NCBI GenBank assembly: GCA_038496445.1
Contig: JALMLS010000640.1
Coordinates: 1-64,000 of the forward strand
DNA: 64,000 nt
Direction of reading: 5' to 3'
Source: Trichosphaerium sp. ATCC 40318
Lineage: Eukaryota; Protista; Tubulinea
Shown: one piece after another, positions 23,880-37,450 of the stretch
Layout: every line of letters begins with the position of its first letter
Position numbering within the stretch: position 1 is the stretch's first letter
Program-made: the position numbers and the translations under genes
The notes under the pieces: model-generated
Database searches by the model: none
Seen by the model: the letters and a program-made list of their open reading frames with translations, nothing else
Told to the model about the DNA's origin: nothing

Positions 23880-25852
23880 TCAATTTTACAGGCAAAAGTT
23901 GTGATGTCAACTTTTTCACGTGCTTCACTGTGGCCCCTTTTTTCTATCAAAAATTTAAGTGTGTTTGTATTTGCGTAAGGCGCAATATGTGAGGCTACAA
24001 GGTCCTAAAATAAGCGCAGAAGCTGTACAGCGAGCATACACAAAATTTGAGCCTGTGGTAAAAAAAAGTAGGCCAAATTCTGAGCTGCACGTGGCCCAAA
24101 ATAATTTTATAAGCTCGCACGGCGGATAGGAAACGAAGCGGATTTTGTTCTAAAAAAGAGCCAACACGTGTAAAGAAATGCGGGTAAAGCAAAAGCTTCA
24201 AAAACAAGTTCTCTTTACAAAAAACGAAATACTCGCTATTCGTTTTAATATAGCTGTAGCTGTACGTACCATACACAATTAATACTACCAATAGTATTAA
24301 TAACTGGTTTGCCACAGGACTTCGCGAGTTCGGAATTTCGAAGAAGAGTCATGTAATTAAGCCAACTTGCTTATTGTCAACATTCGATAATTTTCTTCGC
24401 CGCTTCTGACAAGACTCTCAGAGTGGCAACGCTAAAGCACTGGCTTTAAGCAAGCTCCACTTTACACGGACTGTCAAACTTTGTGGTTTGCATGATGCCT
24501 CGTACCCAACAAAACAGGACGGTTTGTAGGTTGATACCTCTACCACTCGTCATCACTTGTTAATATTCATATGCCCTGCAGCTACTTCTGAAGAAGAGGA
24601 GGAGGCACAAACTTGTTAAGGAAAATGGTGTTCAAGATTGTACACCAAAGGCGAAAGGACTTTTTGTGGGGTAGGTGGGCACGTGCCCTGACAAAACTTA
24701 TGACGACGTACGCTTGGATAGCTTCTGTTTGTATACAGTGTTGGTCTTACTCTAAGTAGCATGATAAAGTCGCAGGTTCGAAAAAGTGTAAGCGTTGTAA
24801 TAAACGAACGTATGGTGGTAAGAAATGCAATCACCATTCGGCTGAGTTTTACATCAAAGGCTTAAGCCAGATCACAAGATACCAGTGTAAATGATTTTTT
24901 TTTAGTACTAAAAAAAGTCACCAACACAAACAACAAAAGTGTAAACAAGATAAATAATGTTACTCAACCTGACAGGTGTCTTTGTTCATGATGTTGTAGG
25001 ATACAGAAAGAATTGTTACATATTGTTCTTTGTATTAGACAGGTAAGAAGCTGGCTACAACTCAGTTTCCGGTTTGTGGAGACATGTTGAAAATGTTACA
25101 ACATCAACAAGCAACATTTTTTGATGTAAACAACAAAGAGTACAATAAGGTCCTAAAATATTCTCACGTTTATCTGTACCTGGCTTCAGTACTAGTTAAT
25201 TAACTTGACGTTAGTATGGTTACATACCGTAGTATCTAAGTACGCGTATCACGTGGTAGTGTCAAATTCCAATGGTCTTCGAGAATATGTGACGACAGAA
25301 AACTTATTGATGTGGGGCGTAGTGTCAAGAAATGTATTGGAGAAAAAACAACTCAATACAATCTAATGTTGACCAAAAAAAGCCCAAATTACCGCGGTAA
25401 TAAGAAATGTCGTTATGGTGATAGCTACCTTACAATACGCGTAAAAATGAAACAGTGGTGCAATGTCGTCATTACATCAGAATAAGGAGAAATTCGTTGT
25501 AGGTTTCTAACCAACCACAAATCTAAACCATGCGCGTAGACACGTAACTTTACGTATGACTGATTTCTTTAACTAGCAGTTTCAAAAACGATTGCTGACG
25601 TCTTAATTACTGCAAATTACTCAAGAAATTTACTGTTGATAGCGTATCAGATAAAGTACGTACGTCATAAAACGTTACGGGGTACCTTAAGGATGAATTC
25701 GTTAAGTTGTACCTAATTAGGGAAAAAGATGCTCCACGCGATCGAAAATTTGCTGTCGCGTGGTTCCTGGTGGAGAATTGGCGGACAATATTACCGCCGT
25801 ATACAGTAAATTGGCCTACTAACGTTACAACAAAAGCACAACTTATTCTAAA

Positions 25853-26544
25853 ATGGCTCAACTGCAGAATTCGATGTAAGTTGGAAATTACTTACACTTC
25901 CCAACGCTTTTACTTACGGGGCTTCTAGGCTTACTTCTCTACCACTAGAACTGCAACATATCATTTTTAACGTAAATCCAGACGTGTACAAAGTATGGCC
26001 TTTAATTTGTCGTCAAAACAGCGTAACGTCTCGTTTCACGCACTCTTTACAAAAATCTGGACGTTGGAAGCGGTTTAATGATCAAAAGCTTACAAAAACA
26101 CAAATATTTGAATCAGGCACACTAGAAGGTGAATGCAAGTGGTATTATCCCAACGGAACACTTTTTGAACACTGTTTTTACACAAACAACAAATTATCAG
26201 GCAATTACAGAAATTTTAACGAATCTGGAAATCTTGTCCGTCTATGTCAATATAAACAAGGTATACTACACGGACATTATACTGAGATGGATGACTACGG
26301 TAATTTATGGAAGTTTTGTACATACAAAGAAGGTATTCTTCACGGAGAATATTTAGAATTTTGGTCAAACGGACAACAGAAGAAGACTTGTAAATATGTT
26401 GATGGTGTTATTTCTGGTGCTGTAAATACTTGGGATCCTAGAGGACAATGTACATCTAAACTACAATCCGCAAAAACGGAACAAAATACAGTGTCAGAGC
26501 CACTTGTACCTGTCGATCATAGAAGACCGGTTGCGAGCTGTTAA
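25853..26544 (+). CDS. F-box-like + MORN-variant repeat protein
   Basis: ATG at 25853 and intron 25876-25928 (gtaagt...ctag) give MAQLQNSMLTSLPLELQHIIF..., then GTLEGECKWYYPNG-type repeats. Confidence 0.85.
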
Positions 26545-26922
26545 ATAATAATACCAAAAATTTTTTCTCACACAAAGTCTTTGCGCTCGCCTTCTACTTT
26601 CAGTTTTTCTATTAGACGCGCCGCAATGTTATATCAATGGTTGACGGATTAGTACGGAGTGGTTCTCTAGCGCCAGTTGCTCGTTGTGGTTGGCCAGCGA
26701 GTTCTTGTGAACATTGCCTTAATCATCTTTGTTTTGCTCTTAGCAACAGTCGTTCTCAATTTAAAACACCACGTGACGTGCAAGTTCTTTCTCGACAAAG
26801 TTTCATAGCATGTTATAACTTCGCGGCCGTAGTTGTCAGTGCGGACTGAGGATTGTTTTTTTTTATTTTGCCTAAGTCAGGTGTATTCCCAAGGTGCATT
26901 ATTTAATTTGTCGAAAGTTAGA

Positions 26923-29900
26923 ATGGAGGGTGAACTGGCATCCCGATTTTTTAAATGCTATGAGCACCCAACGCCTACAGAAGGTATATTACGCTGTTAC
27001 ATAACGTTGTAGACTTATTGTGATGTGTAGCATGGATTATTCAACCAAATCAGTTGTTAACGCTCTGGAAGCAACCAGATGTAAAGAATAACGTGAATAG
27101 AAAGTTTTTGCGTAGTTTCACAAAAGACACGCTTGCCAGTACAAATTTTCCACAACAACTGTATAATACGGTTGCCACCGTTCCCTCTCCTTCGGGGTCT
27201 ATGTTGGTATCATTTAAAACCTCATCTGAGGATAACAAGACGAAAAACTTTATTGAGGTACTAGAGACGCCCGAACTGACATATCTTGAGTGTATTGATT
27301 CGAAATGTAACGTTTATGTGGCTTTTAGATATGGAATAAGTCAAGACTCGTATGTAGTATACAAACGGATGATATTCACGGTAAACTTTACAGTGGCGAG
27401 CGTTTTGGTTCGTTTGCTTGGTCCTCTGATGAGAATTACTTGGCGTATGTTGCCGACAAGAAACAAGCTAAAACAGGTAACTACTGGGATAAGCAAGAAG
27501 GCACGTGTTCCGGTTCCTCCGACTCTTTGGTTTTTTTTGTTTATTTTCATCACGTGACGTTTTTCTTTTGGCTAAATTTTATCTTTAGAGGGATCAAAAG
27601 CAAACCTTGGTGATAATTATGTATTCAAAGAGAATTGGGGAGATACATACACAACTGGGAATCCTTATATCTTCATGATTGATGTATCTCACAAGCGTAT
27701 TGTTGAATTTGAAATAGACATTACAGAAAAATTATCGTTTGGAAATGTATGTTTTTTACACTCCTGCCTCTTACGCTTGTTTGTGGACTGTCTCTACTTT
27801 TTATTGATATCTTCTTAGCCTATATTCCATCCACAGAAGCCTATTCTAATGTTTGAGGGTTATAATACTGAGCCACGAAGGTTGGGTATTATTTATTGTT
27901 ATAATCGTCCTTGTGGTATTTATACTATTGATATGACCGAAGAGTTCAATCCATTGGGTACATGATCGTGTGTAAAGGTTTTTTAACCATATTTAAGATC
28001 TAAGAGATCCATTGGTAAAAGTACAAGTGCATGCAAGTACGTCATTTCCACATGCAACAAAATCTAGAAAGTTAAAAAGGTCACTTATCAGTTTTTTTCT
28101 ATAGCAAGGATTGACATGCCACATTGGGAAGCCTACAGCCCAAGATTTTCTCCAAATGGAGATTTTATTGTATTCTTAGCATACAGAAGTACGACAGGAA
28201 CTCATAATACGTGTATGGAGTTGCACAAGGTAAAAAAAGAACATAACAAAAAGTTATACTTATTTTGTTTTATAGTACTCTATGGAAAAAAAGGAACATT
28301 CAGTGTTGGTAGCTCAAGTGTCTCGTAGTAACAATGAAGACGAATTTGGTGGTATATATGCAATTGAATTACCTCAAAATTGCTTTGTTACTGAGAATCA
28401 TATTATCATACAGACGCTATGGAGAAGTTCTACGGTATGTGAATTTGTTACTTGTTTTTTGAAAGTAATCACAAATACTTGCCACCTCGTGCAGTTTATG
28501 TTAAATCATAAAGAATTTCTGTTTATTTAAAATGGAACACATCACTTGGGAGTTTTTGAATGACTATCAAGTGATGAGAGTCTTTGATTTGCTCTATTAC
28601 AAGTTTTGAAAACAATGTATAAGAGTTTTTGTTTCTTACCTTTTTTTTGAAAGAGACTTGTTCATGTTGATCTTTCAAACGGATCAGTAAAACCTCTAAC
28701 ACCACGTACGTTGTAAATTAATATCAGAAAAAAAAATGCCGTTAAAGGAACGTAATAATGAAGTTGACTTGTTCCTATCAAAATAGTTGACATGGTAACA
28801 AAAGTACTTGCTATTGGTAATGCTAAGGTATTCGCTGTTGAGAGTAGTCTTCAACAAAAACCTACACTAGTATCCTATGATATAACTACAAAGGACGATA
28901 TCATTACTCTAGAGAAAAGGAACGCTTACACTGAAGATACAAATAATATCCCAGCAACAAAAACAAAAGTATTAAAGTCAATTGCAACCAGGAAGAATGG
29001 ATACAATATCGAGTATTTTATGCTATTACCTAATAAACCACAAGTAAAGGATGAATCAATACCACTTGTAATGTATCCACATGGTACGTAGTAGTTCCTT
29101 TTCACGATTTTCTACTTGTTTTCTGTTTTTTCTTCTTGGCTTGTATGAGCCTTCTCATACTTGATATCAAGTATGGGAGGTTGGCTATGAGCTCACAAAA
29201 CAATTGAACGCTTGTATTGATCGTTTTGTTTTCAAACTGAAGTGGTTATGTCGTATTAATCAATAAGAAAGGTGGCCCACATTCGGCTTTTACTATGGAT
29301 TATTCTGCAATTATGACATTCTTGGTCGGGTTGGGTTACGCTGTTGCAGTACCTAATTATCGTGGTTCCATTGGATACGGACAAGATTTCGTAGATGTGC
29401 TTCCTGGTAATTGCGGTACTTTTGAAGTACAAGACGTGCAGGTACATTACAAACAACTTTAATTAGTGAAACATGATTCTTTTTGTAAAACGTTTATAGC
29501 TTGTCATGGAAGACATTTGGAAGAAAAACCCCGGGTTAGTAAGTAAAGAAAACATTGGTGTCATGGGAGGAAGTCACGGTGGATTTACTGCTACACAACT
29601 TATTGGACAGGACCCTCGGTACGGCACCTTTCTTATTGCTCTCATTTTATTAACATACTGTTTCTAGCTTCAAAGTTGCGGTTGTTAGAAATCCTGTATG
29701 TTCTGTTTGTTGTAACCTCAAATACCCACTTGTTTACTGTATTTTAGGTAATTAATATTGCTGCGTTGGCAATAGTATCTGATATCCCTGATTGGAGTTT
29801 AATGGAAGCGACAGGAAGTTGTAAAACAAAATTAACTGGCGATGTTTTAAAGGTATTTGTATTGGACTCTATTTTCCCTTCTAACCGTCCTCTTTTAAAG

Positions 29901-30407
29901 AAAATGCATGAAATGTCACCTATTGCACATGTTGACAAAGTAAAGGCACCAACTTTGGTACGGCTTAGAAGCACCCTACTTTGTACTTTTTTCTCGGAAA
30001 CACTTCGTTCTTCTTTTTTTCTTATTATTTGATAGCTTCTCCTCAGCACCGGCGATAAACGTGTGCCTCCATCTCAAGGTAGTTAATATGTTAACTATAT
30101 AAAGTTCAAGTGGTCAAGTTGTTCGCAATTAGAACACGTATAAGTACTATCTATTGCGAACAAGTTGACCTCCCTTACTAGTTGTGAGTGACAATTAACA
30201 CTTAAATTATAGGAAAAGAGTATTTCTATGCACTAAAGGAGCGTGGTGTAGAGACTGAGATGATTGTGTATCCAGACGAGGTAAGTAGTATGTTTGTGAT
30301 TATCTGATTGTGATTTGTACCTGTAGTATCACGCTGTTATACAACCTGAACATCTCGCTGATTTTTGCATTAAACATGCTGTATGGTTTAATAGGTATCT
30401 AAAGTAA
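26923..30407 (+). CDS. APEH: Acylamino-acid-releasing enzyme (S9 family serine peptidase)
   Basis: ENWGD, SPRFSPNG, YPHG/GPHS, PNYRGSIGYG, catalytic GGSHGG, RNPV, SPIAHVDKVKAPTL, DKRVP and His in YHAV. Many introns. Confidence 0.92.
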
Positions 30408-30500
30408 CACTTTTACAAGAAAAAAGAAAACAGAGAGAGATACAAGAGCGAGAGCAAGCCAGCCTTACGGTAATAAACTAACACTTAAATTACATTATCC

Positions 30501-31343
30501 TCAACATATGATACACCCTTTCTCTCGTTTACCATTGACATAAGTAGATTGAGACTTCAATGTGCCATCAATGTTCCATGTCTTTTGTTCTCCATGAAGC
30601 TCGCCTTTTAAATAGTGGGCGACAGCCTTTAGTTGCCCATTTTTAAACCACCTCATTGCCTCTCCTTCAAGTTTACCATTAACATAGTTACATTGCTTAC
30701 GCATTTGACCATTTGGAAGCCAAGATTTTGCTTCACCCTCCATGTTACCTCTGACATAGTAACACTGATCACTTAACTTTCCGTTATCATGCCACATTTT
30801 GTATTCTCCTTCGAGTTTATCATTAACATAGTTTCTAAGCTCGTACTGCTTTCCAAACTCATCCCAACACTTGTACTCTCCTTCTAGTTTACTATTGGCA
30901 TAGTAACATTGATAACGTAATTGACCATTGAAGAACCATTGATTTTGTTCCCCTTCAACAAAATCTTGAACATAATTACACTTCATTTGAAGTGTACCAT
31001 TATCATGCCATTTCTTGTACTCTCCTTCAAGCTTACCTTTAACATAACAACCCTCTACTTTCAATGGACCAAAATCATACCATTTCTTAAACTCTCCTTC
31101 GAGTACACCATGATTCCAATGGTATTGTTGTAGTACTTGTACATTCGACTCATCAACTTTATTCCTTTTTATCCATTTGCCTTGTTTTTTGAAATCACAG
31201 TCAAACCTTGAACTCACAGCTGTTTGTTTTGATAACAGAGGCCATTGAACGTATAATTTAATATCCAAATCGACAATATCGAGTAGTAGCTCAGTAGGAA
31301 GACCCAATAAATGGCAAAGATTCGATTTTGTACCAGTATTCAT
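30501..31343 (-). CDS. F-box-like + MORN-variant repeat protein (minus strand; the ORF track strand is wrong)
   Basis: The forward sequence ends ttttgtaccagtattcat at 31343, so ATG AAT ACT GGT (MNTG) lies on the minus strand. LLGLPTELLLDI is followed by GKLEGEYKKWHDNG repeats. Confidence 0.9.
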   Translation of the reverse strand: MNTGTKSNLCHLLGLPTELLLDIVDLDIKLYVQWPLLSKQTAVSSRFDCDFKKQGKWIKRNKVDESNVQVLQQYHWNHGVLEGEFKKWYDFGPLKVEGCYVKGKLEGEYKKWHDNGTLQMKCNYVQDFVEGEQNQWFFNGQLRYQCYYANSKLEGEYKCWDEFGKQYELRNYVNDKLEGEYKMWHDNGKLSDQCYYVRGNMEGEAKSWLPNGQMRKQCNYVNGKLEGEAMRWFKNGQLKAVAHYLKGELHGEQKTWNIDGTLKSQSTYVNGKREKGCIIC

Positions 31344-31576
31344 CTATTTATCACCAATCCTCAAATTGAACGTTGTGAACTAGGTACAGGAAGTGGTAGA
31401 GCGATATTATGATAACTCCGGTGTTACTCGCTATTAGTGTAGCGAGAAATTGACTTTTTGTAATTGGTTTGTGTACATATCTAAAGTCAACTCCGGTCCA
31501 TCTAGAACATGTACTTAACACAAACCTGCAAACAAACTTTCGCTTTAAAAAAAAATACATTAGCTAGGAAATTATA

Positions 31577-32887
31577 ATGAACTCAACTACAGCATTCTTT
31601 GATGAGATTCCAGTAAAATAATAATTATTATTCTACAATTCGTTTCCACGTTATCTATGCATTCCGTTGTATGTACGTGTACGTTATTATCAAATGTAGC
31701 AACACAGCACCTGGGATTTGAACTGAAACCGGCTAATACTGTGGTTAATACAAAGAAAGAACTAAAACAACTGTACAAACAATCATCCCCACATATCAGA
31801 AAGACAACTAAAATAATTCTTAAGTTCCCTATTAAACAAAAGCATTTGAAGTACCTACAAGGAGTGTATGCACTCAAAATTCGTAGGATGGAACAGCCAG
31901 ACTGTATGGACTTTATAGACTTTAAAGTGATTGACAGTATCGACTTTACTTATTGTCACTTTGTAACTGATGAGCATCTTCACCAACTTTCTGGAATTCA
32001 CAAAATTGTTTTAGACGGTACAAAAGTAACGGATGATGGTATCAAATCATTGGCTGGTATTCATACAATTGATTTAAGTTATTGTACACATATTACAGAT
32101 AAAGGTATTAAAGCATTGGCAGGTGTTCATACTATACAGATACAAGGTTGTAAACTTAAAGATAATTGCATTAAAGCTCTTGCAAAAGGGTGTTAAACAT
32201 TTGGCTGGTGTACATACAATTTATTTATCAGGGACCAAGTACAGATGAAGGTGTTATGGCATTGGCTGGCATTCATAAAATCAGTTTAAGGAATTGTAGC
32301 AAAGTTACTGATAAGGGTGTTAAACATTTGGCTGGCGTTCATACAATTTATTTGCCAGGGACCAAGGTTACAGATGAAGGTGTCAAAGCTTTAGCTGGTG
32401 TACATAAAATTAATCTAGCATGGTGCAACGTTACAGATAAAGATGTTAGATCATTGGCTGGTGTTCACAACATTTGCTTGAATGGTAATACAGATAATGG
32501 TATTAAAGCATTGGTTGGTGTTTATGAAATTCATTTGGGTAGTTGTAGCAAAGTTACTGATAAGAGTATTAAAATGTTAGTTGGCGTTCACACCATCAAT
32601 TTAAGGAATACAAAGTGTCAGATGCAAGTATTAAAGCATTGGCTGGTGTTCATTCAATTACTGTATCAGGGTGTAAAGTTACAGATGAGGGTATTAAGGC
32701 ATTGGTTGGTGTTAATAGGATCAATGTATTAAAATGTAGTGTGACAGATGATGGAGTTAATGCATTAGATGGCGTTAGAGAACTTAATGTTTCTCATTGT
32801 CAGAATGTTACAATTACTAGTATTGATGGGTGTTATGTTTTAACCAATGAAGCAATGCCTTTGGTTTATTTTAATGAGGACCTATAA
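31577..32887 (+). pseudogene. F-box/LRR gene with about four frame disruptions
   Basis: MNSTTAFFDEIPV/IIIIILQFVS...CTC (F-box, frameshift ~31616) and many KVTD.G.KALAGVH.I.L repeats. Frame breaks at ~32190, ~32240 and ~32615. Could partly be sequencing error. Confidence 0.75.
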
Positions 32888-33138
32888 ATATTTATTATTG
32901 TCTATCTGTAGTGTAAAAATGAACATTTATTTAAGCAGCGAAAACACTCACTCTCAATACTCTTTCTAAAGTGTGTAACAATCGGTGATATGTTTGTTGT
33001 TTTTAAGTTTGCTTTGTTAGTTGTATATCTTTAAGAAGGAATGCAAGTGCCTTAAAAAAGAGGAGTGATGAAATGCTGACATGTTATTGTTTTATTGCTT
33101 TCTCAATTACAAAACATAGTGGGTGTTATGCTGTACCA

Positions 33139-34313
33139 TTATTTAATCCTGCGGCGACATCTAGGGTTTTCACATACAGTAATGTCACATACAGGACCAA
33201 CGCTCTCACAGTCTGTAATAAAAGGGAATTGGTCAGAAAAACAACTAGAAAACAGAGATTGTTAGCTAACATCTGTTTGCTGACTATTAACAAGAGTACC
33301 AATCACTGCCGGAGCCTCCTGTTATCACCAATGCCGAATTGATTCGAGTGGCAGTGACTATATCACATCCAGCACCTCCATCAACAACCACTTCAGGTCT
33401 ACCAGAAAATTGACGAAGGGTAATTACATCATTACCTGGCCCAGTAGAAATACCTTGTATAGTTGCTCTTGCAACATCAATTGAATCATCACCTGCACCA
33501 GTATCAACAGGTCCAAATACACCTTGCATGAAAATGGTATCACTCCCTCCACCAGCTGTGGGAGAGTTGTGTTAGCTAGTGTGTTTTAAAGAAACGTCTA
33601 GAGGGCGTACTTGTAACACTTTGAATTTCCACATTTTGGAGCTGAATACAATTATCGCCACCAGCGTCTGTTATGTCACCATACTTTTGTTGTGATATTT
33701 CATAGCAGTTGTTTCCAGTCCCTGCAGTAACACTACTCGACCTAAATGAAGTGTTAAGAATGCATAACAATAAGTTGTAGTACATACATAACTGGACTAA
33801 TTGCGCCCACAAGGGTAAACAAAAAGTCATTGTTGCCATCACCCGTTGTGATGTCCGTAAACGCTTCGCCACCACTTAAATTAATACAATTATCGCCCTC
33901 ACCTGTAGAACCGATTTAGAAACCTTTTGTGAAGCTTGGTTGAGTACCCATATTGATGGCTGAGTTAATTGTACTCGCACGCTGAGCCATAAGACAGTCA
34001 TTACCTCCCATGAGATCAATGGTACCTGCTATGGTACTGACTAAATCAAGGAGAATACAATCATCACCTGCTGTTCCTGTTACTGATCCCACAACTGATG
34101 TACTTGTGATTGCAAAGCAGGAGCCAGTAACTGTTGTAGTTTTTAACATTTAAATCAACAAAGATTCGTGAATAATATCACGTGCGTTTTCAGTCTTGTT
34201 GGAAAATACATTTTTGTATTGAAAAACGAAGAACTTCCAATTAAAACGTACGATCTGTTTGGCTTATATCGTTGGTTATCATCGTACAGCTGGCTGCCAT
34301 AAAATCGCAGCTA
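33139..34313 (-). pseudogene. RTX-like Cys/Gly-rich gene, copy C (5' exons deleted)
   Basis: Full set of repeat exons as in copy B, with flanks matching copy A. The 5' part is removed by a deletion at ~34313 (gtgtgaata|gctgcg on the minus strand). Confidence 0.7.
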
Positions 34314-34741
34314 TTCACACCATTGACTTACATTATTGTACGCGCTTCAAAAGCTTTCGCTGGTGTTAATTGTGTCAAAATTCCACCAAAGAAGTTTTGC
34401 TTGGCATGGATTCTTTTTCGCTCTCATATAACTTCAAAATAGTAGTACTAACACAGGCTACACTATCATATCCGCAAGACTAGTATTTCCTCATGCTCAG
34501 TAATACAGTGAATGAGCAATTTCAGCTCCTGAAAATGACGCATTTCAAAAATCTGGTTTTATTCTCATTTTTGTTATTTTCAGCGATACGCAGTTGTTTC
34601 CTTATAAATGTAATTAAATTGACTCTAACAAATTAAATACATTGTAGAATACTTATTTCGTGTCTTAGAAAATTATGGGAAAACCGTGGTCTTTATTTTT
34701 GATAATCAGTTAAATGCCATTATCTAAAAAATCAACTCAAC

Positions 34742-36273
34742 ATGAACACTCAACAACAACAACAAGAATCCCAAAGTACATCTACCAGAGGTACAGAAGG
34801 TAAACAGTCTCCTACAAAGCCGGGCGAAGATGAAATGACTGTAAGCGAGACACTCACCGAATACACACATTTTGATGATATGAAGTTAAACAAGCAAATC
34901 TTACGGTTAGCAGACGCTCTATAATACTTTATTTCTACTCACGCTCTGTTAGAGGTGTATACGGAAAAGGGTACGAACACCCTAGTAAGATTCAACAAGT
35001 AGCCATTGTCCCATTTAGCGCTGGTTCGTTTTATTACCCACTGTTTCTTTTGTGTTTGCTTACTGCTATTAAGGAAGAGATGTTATCGCTCAAGCGCAAT
35101 CTGGTACTGGTAAAACAGCAACTTTCATACTTGGTATCCTTAATCAAATTGATGAGACCAAACCGCACGTTCAAGCAATAGTATTGGCACCAACTCGTGA
35201 CCTTGCTGATCAAATTTGCCTTGAATGCGAAAGTTTAGCAAAGTACACTCAAATTAAGGTTGAACTCCTCATTGGTGGTACCAACGTTCGCCAACAAAAA
35301 GAAAGACTTCGTAATGATAAAATTCATATTGTAGTCGGAACTCCTGGTAGAGTTAACCATATGGTCCATGAGGTACGAGCGAACCAAATTAACACTATTT
35401 TTGTTGATTTTCGCGTTTTTTTCTTCAATTATTTCATTTTTTTCTTACTTTTCTTGTTTTATAGGGCTACTTGCGTACACGCAATGTTGGAACTCTATGC
35501 TTGGATGAAGCCGACGAAATGCTCGACATGGGTTTTGCAGATCAAATCAAGGAGCTGTTCCATTTTTTACCATCTGACGTTCAAGTCGGTCTATTCTCTG
35601 CAACAATGCCTCCTTCAATGCTGGAAATAACTCAGAACTTTATGCAAAAACCTGTAAAGATTCTTGTCAAGACTGAAGAAGTAACTCTCGAGGTAACAAC
35701 AGAAGCTTGCTACTGTGAATCTAACTCATAGATAGGGTATTCGCCAATACTTTGTCAACTGCATGCGCCGAGAAAATAAGTTTGACGTGCTTGTAGACTT
35801 GTATCATACTATATCTGTTGCTCAAGTCATGATCTTCTGTAACTCAAGAAGAGAAGTACAGCGTCTCCATGATGAATTAAACGCCCAAGATTATCCTGTC
35901 TCTTGTATTCATGCAGACATGCCTCAATTTGAACGCAAAGAAGTCATTGCCGTACGTTTTACCTTAGCCTTCTATCACCATTTTACTTACCTCTTTGAAG
36001 CATTTCCGAGATGGAAACACACGTATTCTTCTATCTACGAACGTGCTTGCACGTGGTATTGATGTTCAATCCGTTAAACTCGTTATCAACTATGACATGT
36101 CTCAGGATTTCGCAACATATATCCATCGTGTTGGGCGCTGTGCACGTATGGGTAGAAAGGGAGTAGCTATCAATTTTATTACTGATAGAGATTTGAGAAC
36201 ATTTGATGCTCTTCAGAACTATTATCAAACTCAAATTGAGCCTCTTCCGGTCAATATAGCAGACTACTTGTAA
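34742..36273 (+). CDS. eIF4A: eIF4A-like DEAD-box RNA helicase (second copy)
   Basis: Six GT-AG exons with all DEAD-box motifs. One extra Gln in the N-terminal polyQ relative to the left copy. Confidence 0.93.
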
Positions 36274-36529
36274 ACTAATAAAAAGTATAAAAATGCGGTT
36301 CAAAAAGTTTACAGACACTGCTTTTTTCGGCAAACCAGAAGTCAATTTTTCGCCAGCTAAATCCGCTTTAGCCCTGACTGTTATTTAAATGAAATTTTAC
36401 AACAAGCGAAACTTAAGCAATTAAGTTAGAGTTCTATGCAGTTTTTCATTCCTCTACAAACAACAAACGTACTTTGGTACTTTTCGTCCTTTTATAACAA
36501 CGTAGCAAATTAAAGCGGTGTAGCACCTA

Positions 36530-37450
36530 ATGGCTAAAAGAGCAAATACAGAAAGAGTATCGAAAAAAAAAGAAAAACAACTTTTGGACTTTCCAGCGGA
36601 GATACTCACTCACGTGCTCTCTTTTGTATCAGATAATGATCGCTATCCCATTTCTCGAAGCTGTAGTATATTATCATCTATAATCCACAACAACCTTGGC
36701 TATGGCAAAATCAGCGTTCGATCAACTTCGCACTGTGCTCGCCTTTCAGGAAGTCCTTTATTAAAAAACACGCTTATATCGTTTTTGAACTTCCGAACAG
36801 CAACAGACTCAGATCTCGCATTGATTTCAGGCGTCCAATCTCTTTTACTTTCGGGCAACACAAACATAACAAACTCGGGTTTAAAACATGTTAGTACTGT
36901 CCGCAAGCTGACAATCATGTATTGTCCTCGTATTACAGACTTAGGATTAATATTTGTATGTGGTGTCCAGCACTTGACTATTGAGTTTGCTCCAAATATA
37001 ACAGACAAAGGCTTAATACCAATTGCCAAGCATTTGAAGTCTATTTATTTAAGTGAGGTAGGAGTTACAGAGTTGGGTATAAAGTCACTCTTGGGAGTAC
37101 CAGATATAAACCTTCCTTGGTTTCATGTCACAGATGACGTATTGTCTTCCTTGTCAAGATCACATAGCATAACATTATCTTGCTGTACACTCGCCACATC
37201 AGTAAGTCTTAAAGCGTTGGAAGGTGTCCATACAGTTGATCTCTCTTGCTGTAAAGGTATCAGAGAAGAACATATAAAACATCTTGCTGATTCTCATACC
37301 ATCTCTCTATCAAACACAAATGTAAAGGATGAATGGCTTGCTCCACTTTCTAGTGTAAAGGTACTATCATTGCGTGGATGTAAAAACATTACAAAGAGAT
37401 GTATCAAATCACTAGAAGCTACAGGTGTAACAGTGACGTTGCATCCGTAG
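36530..37450 (+). CDS. F-box/LRR protein (second copy)
   Basis: 306 aa, differing by a few residues from 6948-7868. Confidence 0.9.
   Translation: MAKRANTERVSKKKEKQLLDFPAEILTHVLSFVSDNDRYPISRSCSILSSIIHNNLGYGKISVRSTSHCARLSGSPLLKNTLISFLNFRTATDSDLALISGVQSLLLSGNTNITNSGLKHVSTVRKLTIMYCPRITDLGLIFVCGVQHLTIEFAPNITDKGLIPIAKHLKSIYLSEVGVTELGIKSLLGVPDINLPWFHVTDDVLSSLSRSHSITLSCCTLATSVSLKALEGVHTVDLSCCKGIREEHIKHLADSHTISLSNTNVKDEWLAPLSSVKVLSLRGCKNITKRCIKSLEATGVTVTLHP

Noticed and set aside
24300-25450. Possible spliced gene with a CKRC...CNHH motif
   Set aside because: I could not assemble a consistent exon chain by eye; left unannotated.
30501-31343. ORF track lists this 280-aa ORF on the + strand
   Set aside because: The given protein (MNTGTKSN...) is encoded by the reverse complement starting at 31343, so it is annotated here as minus.
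2255-32887. Endogenous giant virus or other mobile element
   Set aside because: No capsid, polB, packaging ATPase, integrase, transposase or RT is visible. The virus-like repeat genes are interleaved with intron-rich host genes, and some have introns themselves.
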